Assembly (NCBI GenBank): GCA_001949185.1
Contig: BDGG01000009.1
Coordinates: 1-64,000, forward strand
Reading direction: 5' to 3'
DNA length: 64,000 bases
Source of the DNA: Ramazzottius varieornatus
Lineage: Eukaryota; Animalia; Tardigrada
The position numbers and the translations under genes were made by a program. Of the stretch, positions 25,587-36,385 are shown piece by piece (the stretch's first letter is position 1; each line of letters begins with the position of its first letter). The notes beneath the pieces are model-generated. The model did no database searches and had not been told where the DNA came from. It saw only the letters and a list, made by a program, of their open reading frames with translations.

Positions 25587-27171
25587 TCAATGGCGAATAG
25601 GGATGTAGACTTTGGGTTTTGACAACAGTTCGAGATGATCGTCGATTTTGCTCAACACTTCTTCCAGTTCTTGACGCTTGGTTCGAGCTCGCATAGTGTC
25701 GTTGCGGATGGGCAACCTTTGCATCTCCTGTTCTTTCTCAGCTTTCGCTGGAACGGAGTAACAGAAAACATCAACGTCACTGAGCGGTGTTAAACAGGAA
25801 ACAAGAAGGTATTCGACTTACTTTGGTGGAGTTGTTCAATAAGCTCCTGACGTTCTTCCTCATCCATCAACTGGCATCCTTTGGGTATCTTAGCCTGCTG
25901 AGCTCTTTCCAGTATCATGCATTCGTCGTCTTTCCACTCTTCCTGCCTTCTCAGTAAACTGAAAGAGAGAAGCGATTAATCAGTTCGGAAATCGAGCAAA
26001 AACGGGTAGGTTGCCAAATGAAACATACAAGATTACCATCTCAAGTGGCGCACGTTTTTATTGTTTCTGGCCGGAAGCTTGCGCCACTGGGAAAAGTCCA
26101 CAAAACTATTGTCCCAAGTGGCGCACGTCTTTATTCGAGGTATTCGGAGTCGTGCGCCACCTAGGAGAGCAATCTAGTTCGACATATTTCGTTTGTCAGT
26201 CTCGCATGCTGAGATAGAAAGTTAATTGTACTATAAAGGCACTTGGCCAAGAGGAGTTTTCGGTAGTTTCTCCAGCTTTTGCAGGAACCCAGTTTGACGT
26301 TCAGTGAAACTTCGATTGCCCACAATCTGTTTCGGTTCTTTGGCGACTTGTCCGTTGAGCTTGATATAGTTCCTCGGTTCGCGTGAACTTGTCAGCGTGC
26401 AGGAACTCGCTGTAGTCGAGGCGGAGTGAAGTCGGTTAGGCGAATATCGGGAAGGAACAGATGACTGAGAAACGCAACTCCGGCTGGGCGAAATGTTCGA
26501 CCGAGGTCTCAAGGAAATGTCGCTGTTCGGCCCGGTCTTTGAATGGGCTCTGAGATATTCAGTCCGTAGTGGTTTCTTTTCCGCCAAATTACTCTATCAA
26601 AAATTGACATAGTAAAACAAAACTCAAATGTGAGTAATTAGAAATTTTACAACAATAGGTAGATATAAAAAAATTTATTTTCTAACGGTAAACTTAAAAC
26701 AAAAGATACTGGGAACAACCGTTGGTGGAGAAAAGATCATCGTCGATGGGACAGCTGATACTCACTTCCGTCTCTCGGAATACTCTGGACTCGACGTTTT
26801 CATATCTCGATGAAACTTTCAGTAGCGACGGAATTTGCTGAGCCAATGTCTTCTCCTTCTGTGCAACCGCTAGCTGTCGCAATAATTGCCGATTTTGTAG
26901 CGCGTAATTCTTGACTGGCTCTAAACTGCGTGGATCAATTGCGTTACAATCGGGATAGTAACCAAAAATTGGAAACTGTGGGTTTGGTGCACTGAAGCTT
27001 ACTCGTTAGTGATTTGCTGCGAAGTGGATGTGGTGGCATCGGGTCAGGGTCCCGCAAGAGTTCGGAAACGGCACTTCCTTGTTGGTCGCGTTGTCGATTG
27101 GTCAATCTTTCCTGGTTACGCAGCTTGTACTGCTCAATCGGTTTGCACAAATTAGCTACCAATTCGCCCAT
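25587..27171 (-). CDS. ENKD1: Enkurin domain-containing protein
   Basis: Spliced GQVPLYLLRRQEEW, IPKGCQLMDEEERQEL, RLPIRNDTMRARTKRQELEEVLSKIDDHLELLSKPKVYI match the enkurin domain. Confidence 0.8.
26010..26199. repeat. Two tandem dyad units, ENKD1 intron 25959-26231
   Basis: caagtggcgcac at 26042 and 26115 (73-bp period), both with N25 spacers. Confidence 0.9.
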
Positions 27172-27907
27172 GTTCCAAACTCGAGAAACGCGATGGTTTA
27201 ATGTAATATATAACGAATCGCGTCTGCAAGCGCGTGGGACAAAGTAACCGAAGTGTTTGTGTTACACTTAACCAGGATCCGGAGCATCAACAACACGATT
27301 GCCATGGGGACCAGCCATAGCGTGGAACGAGCCGAATATTGGTCACATTCTGTCTTACCCAGGATCGATGATGACAGCGAAAATATCCTTACGAAAAGCG
27401 AGCTGGTGCCTTGGTATCGAATCACGATGTGTATAAAGCCTGAAAAAAAAATGCAAAGCTCGAGTCGGTAAAGTATCGCGCGTTTTGTTTTGTAGGCGCT
27501 TCTGAGTTTCGATGTACAATGTTTGGCTGATCCGTTTCATGTAAAACTTATGAGTGACCGATGTATGGTACTAACTTAACTTACTTGCCGCGCACCACAG
27601 TTGCAAGATGCGTCATTTGTGGCGAACCCACTTCCACTGACAGCTGCAGCGCACATCAGACTTCGAGTTCGGAGTTTCCTCCCATTAAATTACGGTGGCA
27701 GGTCCTGACAAACAGATCAACAAAAACACGCCGCTACAGAGATGCCGAATGTCACTTTTCAGTTCGCGTTCTTCTTATTGCGTGCTGCTTACAGTCAGAC
27801 CAACTTTCACAGTATAATCCATGTGGTGAGGAATTGCATGTACGTGGAACTCTGAGGCAGTAATTTGTGGCCGAATATCCGACACTTCCACCTCCAACTC
27901 GATTAAG

Positions 27908-28643
27908 ATGAGCCTGTCGCAAAAGATGAACTTGCGGGAAACCCTGGATGGTACAAGTACTGCATGGGCTGCCTGCAATATTTAAATGGTGGTTTCGAGT
28001 GCTGGTGCAGTGTTGCTCAATCCCTACAAACGTGGACTTGCTTTGTTGCAGCTTCTGCAAGAGCTCCAGCCGGCAATCGGGCTTGCGGCCTTGTAGTTTT
28101 CCGCCGGTCAGAAAGTGGTGGAATATCCTACTTGCTGTTGCAAGAAGCTTATGGCGAAAAGCACTGGACACCTCCGAAAGGTACGGTGGCCTGACAAGCT
28201 TTATAGATTATGGCATTTTCTTTTTCGTGAACCCGGAGCTGTTATTGACGACGTAGCTTCCCGCAGGATTCATCGAGGACAGCGCGGTAGAGAAGGCGGA
28301 AGCACAAGCTCAAACATTGAAAGAAACGGGGTTGGAAGGCAAGGATCTGAAAGTTTACGACGATTTTTCCTTCAAGATGCAGTACGCCATCCGCGGACAA
28401 GTGAAGAAGATCTGGTACGGACTAGCCGAGTTGGTCACGGGTGAGAAGGCCAAAGATAATGATAAGACGAAAGGCAACGCCAAGAATATCCATGTGTCGG
28501 GAGAGAACCATAACGCAGCCTGGTGGCTACCACTCAATGACGCCATTCGTGTCAGCGGTTACGTCGAAGCTGACGCTCTCCTGAAGAAAGCCGACAAATT
28601 TATCCAAGACAAGACCAAAGCAGAAGAAGCCACCTCATCATAA
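27908..28643 (+). CDS. NUDT2/Ap4A-hydrolase-like Nudix protein with a degenerate Nudix box; 5' end uncertain
   Basis: RACGLVVFRR...YLLLQEAYGEKHWTPPKG matches NUDT2; the following box reads GFIEDSAVEKAEAQAQTLKETGL. Confidence 0.8.
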
Positions 28644-28871
28644 TTTCAAAATTAACAACGTTGTCGTTTTTACAGATGTCTCTGGCAAATTGTTAATATA
28701 CTTGAGCTGTCCGAAGTCTAAACCTGCTTTCAAGCGCTACAACCTTTCTTTTTTATTACCCACAAAACGGTCACAGTTTGTTTTGTTTTCCTTACACAGA
28801 ATACCCGAGTTCCTCTAAGGAAGAATGAAATATTGGCGTTGTTGGGAAATTTGTCGGTACGTACTGTCACT

Positions 28872-29215
28872 AACGAGGTAAACGACATAATTCTGGCATA
28901 CCGATTTTCGCACCATAATTCGGGCAACGCGAAAAGTTTGGACACTATCGTCAACGCTTGATTCATCCCTCATCGTACGCCTGTTGATACAACAGTAGGC
29001 TGTTTGACATTGGACAGACCCATCCCTCTCCCAGGCAGAATTCCCGTGTTCCACAACGCTTTGTTGCTCTCAAACCTATTTAAAACTCGAGAAGAGGGAG
29101 CAGTCTACCTCAGGAAAGAAGAAGCAGATCATTACGCGCACCAGAAGCTGAGAAAAAATATGCCCGAATTGCGAGTGAAAAACCACTGTGCCCAAATTAT
29201 GTCGTTTACCTCGTA
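28872..29215. mobile_element. MITE family A, copy 1 (~344 bp, mariner-like CGAGG ends)
   Basis: TIR acgaggtaaacgacataatt / aattatgtcgtttacctcgt; homologous over its length to 59502-59845 and 63173-63515. Confidence 0.85.
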
Positions 29216-29615
29216 GTGTGAAACGAGCCCCATCAAGGCTGCAAGGACTTCGGCGCGCTTCGACCACAGGTGGCGCTGGACGCAGGATCAGCTACACATG
29301 TATTCCATTCCTGATGTGTTCCTGATCAGATCACACCAGCCTAATTGCTCATCCGGGTTGTAAACACTGCACTGTGGTTGTAATGTACGTGGGCCGTTCA
29401 ATCGACCGTTCGAGAAAAATGACAGAGAGAACAAGAGTCCTTTCACTCTAGACTGCGAAACCTTACGGGACAGTAGGTCAGCTGATTCAGTCGAAGAAAT
29501 TTCAGTCGGCCACATCAGCTGTGCAGTCGATGCTTTGCTCCCATTTTGACACCCGCAGATTTTTCCTCTGAACAGCTTTACGTTGTTCTTTGCAGGATAT
29601 TCTCGGAACGAAAGC

Positions 29616-31083
29616 ATGGCATCGTCAGTCGATCACCGCTGGATGGTCCACCAGCGCCAACTTCGTCGTGAACGTGAGCAGTCGACCTCCCTCGAGTCAT
29701 CCTCTGAGTCTCCTCAGCCTGGCAATGTAGACATCACCGCGGAAGTCGCCTATCCCTCATCAATTCCCTATATCGATCCTGCCAAGCCGAAAAAGCTCCC
29801 CACTCGCACTACCACTGATCCCAAAAAGTCCCTAGAAGTTGCCTTTAACGACCTGAAGGTGGACGAATTCGAAGCCACACAAGAGGCTCCAGTCATCGCC
29901 GAGCCGGGTCCGGAGCCTGTCCTACCGAAAAACAGTCATAGTGTGTCGTTGAAGGACTTTATGAGACGGAAGGAAGATCGTCAAAGAGGGATAACTCCTG
30001 CTGGGCAACCACCGAAAGCTGCCACTTCGAACTTCATTCCTAGGTATGAAGACATCAGCAGTAAGTACGAGAAGCACAATCCTACGTACACAACAGGCCC
30101 GCGCCGTTTTGGTGGAAGAGATGAGCATCCAACCCGACGCCATCGCTCGACCTCCCGAGACGACAAGAAGAAAGACAGGAATGCCTCGAAGAAGGAACGT
30201 GACCAGGGACGAAAGGACGAGAGCAAGGAGACAACCGGATTCTTCAAAAGGACTCTGGTAAGCCAAGCACACTAAATCAAGCTAAAGTAACAGCAAAACC
30301 ATGTAATCATTTTACGTGCCATTCAATGCCGCGAAACGTAAAGTTTATTTTGGTTCCCAATGTGTTATTATGGATGCTCGGCAAAACAAAGTCGATCAAA
30401 TTGTTTTCCTAGGCGGTGCTCGATTGTAGTTTATAATTTCGAGAATATGCGCCACTTCGGCGAGCAAGACCGTTGTTCCAAGTGGCGCAAAGGGTTTAGT
30501 CTTTTGAACTTGGCAGCTTGCGCGACTTTAAGGACAATCTTGCCAAGTTTGTCCACCGGCCCTCCCTCATTCAAACTTGATCAGGTGGTTGCGAAACTGC
30601 TTACCACGTGCGAACAGCTGCTTGGTAAAAAGGCTTCGGAACTGGATGTAGTTTCATGTGTTGACTGCTTCGCAGAGTTCGATGTCGGTCGACAGCGACG
30701 ACGACGAAGATTCTTCCTGGGCAGGTTCGGACGAGCAGCCCAAGCGTTTCCGCGTGATGCAGGATCCTTGTGTCATCATCGATGAAGAAGGGAGAGAGCG
30801 TATCAACTACCAGTATGTTCCAGCTCGCAGGCCTCACGCCGAGGTTCCGGGACATCGACGCCGAATCCACCAGGAGATGGATCGCGAACTCGACCATTAC
30901 TTCAAGCGAGGTCCGCGAGCACCCCGAGTCGACTCCCGACGTACAGAGGGTCATCGAGCCGAGTACAACGACGGCAAAATTTCGGTGAAATCGTACAGGG
31001 ACGAAGAAAAGGTTGATCGCGAGAAGGACAGGTCGCGATCTGGACTCTCCAACAGGCATCGTAATACCGAACACGTCCATTGA
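29616..31083 (+). CDS. Uncharacterised charged, low-complexity protein (2 coding exons)
   Basis: ORFs 29583-30275 and 30658-31083 join in frame through GT-AG intron 30258-30675; rich in R/K/D/E/S; no recognised domain. Confidence 0.6.
30377..30560. repeat. Two tandem dyad units, intron 30258-30675
   Basis: ggcggtgctc N25 atgcgccactt; caagtggcgcaa N27 ttgcgcgactt. Confidence 0.75.
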
Positions 31084-31739
31084 CCACAAGCGGAAGTTCG
31101 ACTGAACAGCAACTTCACTAAGGTGTTAAAACGTTTGTTTCGATTCTTGGCGATTGATGACATCGGCACCTTTTGTTCACCGTCCACCTCTTAGGAAGCC
31201 TTTCGATAGAATTGAAGAAGCGAACTTGGGTTTTACAGAGTATTTTATCGACTTCCTGCAAATTATTTTGTTGACTAGTTTAGCGTTTTCACCTTCGGGT
31301 CCCTAGAACTGATTTTGTCTGGACACTGCACTTATCCGAATTTTGTTGAAACTCCTTCATGTACAATACTTACACAGCAAAACTAACAACAGAAGCTCTC
31401 TAAAACTGAAAAAAAACTGTTTGAAAAGAGCGGTCGAGAAACAAACAGAAGGGACTTTTTTTATTCGTCCGTCTTTCCATAAAATATTTGCACAATAACA
31501 CAACAAGGGCGGCTTCTCCTTCCCGACAAAGAATAAAATGCCGAACAGAATCGTCCAAAATAGATTCCGCTACCACTATCGAACTATCAACAAGACGGAA
31601 TGAACCAGCAAAGTTCTTGCGAGGTAATTGTTTCGCGTGACTGTCGGACTACAGAACATTCCTTTATCCAAAGGTTTGGAGGTAAGAAACAATAAAACAG
31701 AATCACAATGATATTAATGTACTATCGGGGTAAACGACT

Positions 31740-34700
31740 CTAATGTCGTCTTCTCCGATCCCTTTCCCGATTTTCTCTTCGTCGGTCTTCCCTGCAAATC
31801 ACCAAGCATGAGCAAACTGGATGAAGTTCAAGGAACACAAATAAACAAGAAGTATTCCTACCTCGAGCGTTCTCGCCGTCTTCGTTCGTCTCGTTCCTCT
31901 GAGCTCCGCGAACGTTTTCTTCTATCGGGACTTCTTCGATACACAGGACTCCGTGTGCGACTTTGTCGTCGTGGAAGAGTACGATCCCGCGACCGTTTAA
32001 CAGGTTGAGGTTCGCGGGAGCGAGAACGCTCGCGGACAGGCTTGCGAGGTTCGTCAGGACTGTCAGTCCGAATACTGTCGGGTGTGGCGTCAGCAGCTGC
32101 AGCCTTGATGTCAGCCAGCGGACCCTTCTGGCGCTGGTTATCTATAGAGGTACGCAGAGCAGTGATGGCATCTTCCACTTCCTTCACCGGCGGCTGTAAC
32201 GCACGAATAAAACGTTCAGTAACCAAGTGGGAGCTCGGCAGACAGTCGACCACGTCGTTTCCAAGCGACGCATGATACGAGCCAAAATCACTGACAACGT
32301 GCGTCACTTGAAAAAATTTTTTCGATTTTGTTTCCGAGCTCCCAAAATCAGAAAAGATTCCGTTTCGTCCAACAGAACAAAAATAAAAGTTGTGCGGAGG
32401 AGAATAGAAAGCTTGAGCGTACCATTTTGATGGAGTACAGGAGGAGAATACTGGTGGCAATGTTCCGCACGTCCTCTTCCGATACTTCGAAGAGAACCTG
32501 GTACCATGCTTGACGCGTCGGAACTGGCCTCTGTAAGATGAGAAGTAGCCCGATTAAAATTCAGAATCAAAACGGGATCTACGCGAACAAACTCGTCAAG
32601 ATCAGTTTCCAAGTGGCGCACATTACCAGCTAACAATGCTGAAACGTGCGCCAACTGGGAATCGAATTTTATCTCGTGAAGAACATGTTACCTTCTCCGT
32701 TCTTGTGGCTAGATAAATACAGCCACAAGCCACGGCTTCGGGTGAGTATCGAACAAAGAGATCGGTACGGAGGCTGTCATTCATGTAATTCCTGAAGGAG
32801 AAGAAAAGCAAGGGTTAATATGTTCAGACGAGTGACTTACGGTTGCCTCCTCCACATTGGCGTCTTCATGTTGGCGAACCCACAAGGTGGAACGAGTCAC
32901 GTCTTCCAGCGCTTTGACAAGGAAACAGGCGAATAGTTCTGCTCGACAAAAAGACACGGTTCGTCGTCAGCAAAGATGGAAAACTTGCACAAACCTTTCA
33001 CCGGAAGCCCAGATGTCTCTATGGACTGGTGCATTCTGTCTCTTCCGCCTTCTGAATTCGCCAACAATCTGACAGAAAACAACGGTTATTGGGTGCCACC
33101 AGAAAAACCTAGCATATCATGCGAAGTTGAATATTACCAGTTTTCGCCAACACTTATTAGTTGAATATTAACAGAAAAATGATCTCAAACATTATCGCAG
33201 AGGAAGAAACATGAGTAGAAGCAATACCAAGTATTTTGAGGATCAGCGCTCAATTTTCTCGACAGTTTTTCGGACAGGTTTAGCTAGCTACTATTTTTGA
33301 AATCCAGCTAATATTTTACAAAAAGTTACTGTACAAAAGGTGGACCTGGGAGGTCGGAAAACGGAACGGACAAAGCATCGTTGTCTCAAGTGGTGCACGT
33401 TGTGCTATCAGCTGAAAACGTGCGCCAATTTCGACAGCGGTCTCGGACGTTTCGTCTGACGATCTCCCACTTCGATCCCAGTTCTGGAAAAAACCGTGAT
33501 AGAAATTCGAACTGATCAATCAAGGCGCAGCCCCCAGCATATCAAAGTCCCTATGTGAACGATATCGAAACAAACACGCACAACAGATGTGAGAAACTTA
33601 ATAAGTTACTAAAGTGAAAAGAGGACCTTACCAAGCAGCCTGCATGAAGCGCCGGTCCACGTCGTCGTCCATGTCAAAATCCAGCATTCTCAGGTACATG
33701 TAAATGAGCTGCAAACACCCAAAAAACACCCGCCTCTCCATTAGAAACGTTTCAGTACGGTTTCCAGTTTTGATCGCAATAGCGAGCTTACCTTATGAGG
33801 ATGCTTGACGTGGACACAGAAGCCCAGTTCTTTCAGCAGTCTTCGTTCACACTTGATCACCTGGTTCTTGACATTCACATAACCATAATCAAGGATCACC
33901 GGTTTCACTGGCCTGCAAAATCAGATTACAGATTAGGAATGAGAAAATGTGAAACAAAAGAAAGAGTTCTTACTCATCACAGATGACTTGTCGAACGTAG
34001 GTGAACACGTTGATGATGTCCCTCAGTCGCTTCGGACTTTCTTCCACTTTAGACGACAGATAAACACAAGCCATTCCCATCGTCTGCAAAACATGGACGA
34101 TTATGGCACAGATTCAGAAGGAACAAAACTGAAAAACAAGATGGAAACGTTTTCTATAAGGCCGCAGCGACGTCACCAGCTGGCGAACGCCAGCTTTGCT
34201 TGATTGACGAACCATCGTTTGCGCTATGAAGATATTTCATGAAGGCTCCAGTGTGACGACATGGCATAACACCAATCGTCAGTGACACACATAACGGAGC
34301 ACTGCACGGCTTGCCACAGCATGTGCAGTCTTGAACATAGATCGGCCCTGTATAAATTGTTCAGACCANNNNNNNNNNNNNNNNNNNNNNNNNNNNNNNN
34401 NNNNNNNNNNNNNNNNNNTGCATAACGGAAAATGCAAAGGCCAACTTGACGTTTCCACCTCCTACGGCCAGGGGCTGGTCTGAATTTATACAGGGCCGAT
34501 CTATGGTATTGAAAATCAAGCCAGCTAGTTCCGCTCTTTATCTTCCTGGAAGGAAATAGCCAACAACTTACGAGGTAATCATTCCGAACGAAGGACTTGA
34601 TGTAGTAAAATCGTTGGTACAGTACTTGCGCCGTAGCCATGGCCGTCTAAAAAGGTACAGAGGAATCAGAGGTGCTCCTACAGAGAAAAGCGTTAGCATA

Positions 34701-35272
34701 ACGGTAACCAGCAAGCTTTGCGTAACTACCTGAGGCAGTTTCAGGATGTAGCCCCCGTGCTGGATAAAGTCGCAGCCGAGACGACGAAGGTACCATTCTG
34801 TCCTTACAGACAACCCTTCTTGCATGGAAGGAGTCGGAGCCAACCGATAGCGAGGAAGGATCAGGTTTTCGAGGGAGATGACAACGTGCCCGAATGTCCG
34901 TTGTAAGGTGGTCGTTGATTGACTGGTGGGTGTTGATTGGGCATGGGACATCAGCGTGGTGGCGGTGGTTGATTGGAGAATGGTTGACTGACCACCTGAC
35001 GCTGTGCGAGCTATGCTTGATTTGGCACCAGTTTGATCCGCCATTGAAGATCGACGACTCGGCTGATCCGGAGACAACGATGCTTCTCGACGTCGTTTGC
35101 CATTTTCCTGGAGCGTAATGGCTTCAGCGGAAAGCGAAGAAGTCTTGGTCGACTTCTTGACCACCAGATCGGAGAGTTTGACGGAACGGGAAGATTTCTT
35201 CTTGAGGCTGTCGGAATCCATGACCGTCTTGAATGGACGACTGATTCGCGTTGGCGTTACAACTCCAACCAT
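31740..35272 (-). CDS. CCNL1: Cyclin L
   Basis: [61 protein letters not shown]|[15 protein letters not shown] and a C-terminal RS domain. Confidence 0.93.
32228..32344. repeat. Intronic dyad element with a compensatory core change, cyclin L intron 32194-32422
   Basis: Outer arms tgggagctcgg / ccgagctccca; core caagcgAcgcat N25 gtgcgTcacttg. Confidence 0.9.
32583..32680. repeat. Intronic dyad element, cyclin L intron 32531-32691
   Basis: ccaagtggcgcac N24 gtgcgccaactgg. Confidence 0.85.
33348..33468. repeat. Intronic dyad element, cyclin L long intron
   Basis: Outer arms gggaggtcg / cgatctccc; core caagtggtgcac N21 gtgcgccaatt. Confidence 0.85.
34336..34505. mobile_element. hAT-type MITE family B copy in a cyclin L intron (spans an assembly gap)
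   Basis: TIR catagatcggccctgtataaatt / aatttatacagggccgatctatg; flanks gtcttgaa / gtattgaa (8-bp TSD, one mismatch); internal similarity to 43099-43500. Confidence 0.75.
34369..34418. other. Assembly gap (50 N)
   Basis: Run of N. Confidence 1.
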
Positions 35273-35694
35273 GCCGTTCGCCCAACCTCTTCAGATACCA
35301 AGGTAAGTAAGTGATGATCCTTCGTTCCAGATAGTCACAAACCGCAAGAGTCGAGAAAGGTCCTAGAGAGATAAGACAGGTGAAATCAACAATGAAATAT
35401 GATTGATTCAAATTTGAAAATCGAAATAACGAAATTCTACCGCACACTGGCGCCTGATGTCATGTCACCCCGCCCTGGGAGGGGGGGCGGGTGCAAGTCC
35501 TATTGTTTGAGACCCGCTGGCCCTGCGTCGATTTAATATGGCGTATGATGTGGCCCTACGATCACCGGCTAGTCCTTTGTGGACTTCCGCCTGTTTTCTC
35601 TGATCTGATCTGGAACACACGACCTCTTCCTCCGGTTCGATCAAATCTGAATGTGCAGGTACTCGTATTGAACACCGAATCAAATGTTATGGTA

Positions 35695-35806
35695 TCCAGA
35701 AACAATTTTGGGATGATCGTCATCTGAAGTGGCGCACGTTTCCAGCCAACCTCAAAGAAAACTGGGCTACTTGAGATAACGATTGTCTTCAGACTGTTTG
35801 CCGGCC
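35695..35806. repeat. Dyad element between cyclin L and XK-like gene (possible 5'UTR intron)
   Basis: aagtggcgcac N24 ctgggctacttg ... tgtttgccgg. Confidence 0.7.
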
Positions 35807-36385
35807 CCATCTGACCAAAAAGATTTTTGCGGAGGACCTTTGTTCTGGCTGGATAACGCTACCCAAACTCAATATCCGGCTGGTACTTTTTCTTTCGGTC
35901 CCGGTTGTAGCCGGAAAGGTCCTGGACACATGTACGTCTCCGTAACGAAGTACGCTGACTGGAGACGGCAGAACTCGGCGGGGGAGATGTCGAGTGCTCC
36001 AGCTGTTAACTGTTGTGTCGAACTCTTTGGAACTTGTTGGCCAAGTCATATTTTCATCTCGATAGAGTATCGTGTGCGAATTATTTTAATTAGCGAATTC
36101 TTTACGATCGCGCTGAACTACAGCGTGTACAGTTGCGCATGCATCTGCAGAAGGTAGTCATCAACAAAACCGTTAAAAAACCATTAGACTATTCTGGCAG
36201 ATGTTGTAGCAATATTCCGAATGGATACATTGGAGTTAAAAATAACCCAGACTTGATACAGACTTTCACCACGGAGATCATCTCGTCGATCCTGAACAAA
36301 CCCTGTCGTCTTCTGATCTCGTGCAACACTCACACAAAGATCGGGGCAGCTGCGTGTTACGCTTTGTCTCCTTCCGGCTACAAAG

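Noticed and set aside
27304-27863. Possible small gene or extra 5' exons upstream of the NUDT2-like gene (MGTSHS...)
   Set aside because: I could not find a splice path that keeps an open frame; needs RNA-seq.
28868-29218. CACTA-like termini on MITE family A copy 1
   Set aside because: The other two copies show the element begins at TA-CGAGG, so the CACTA match is flanking coincidence.
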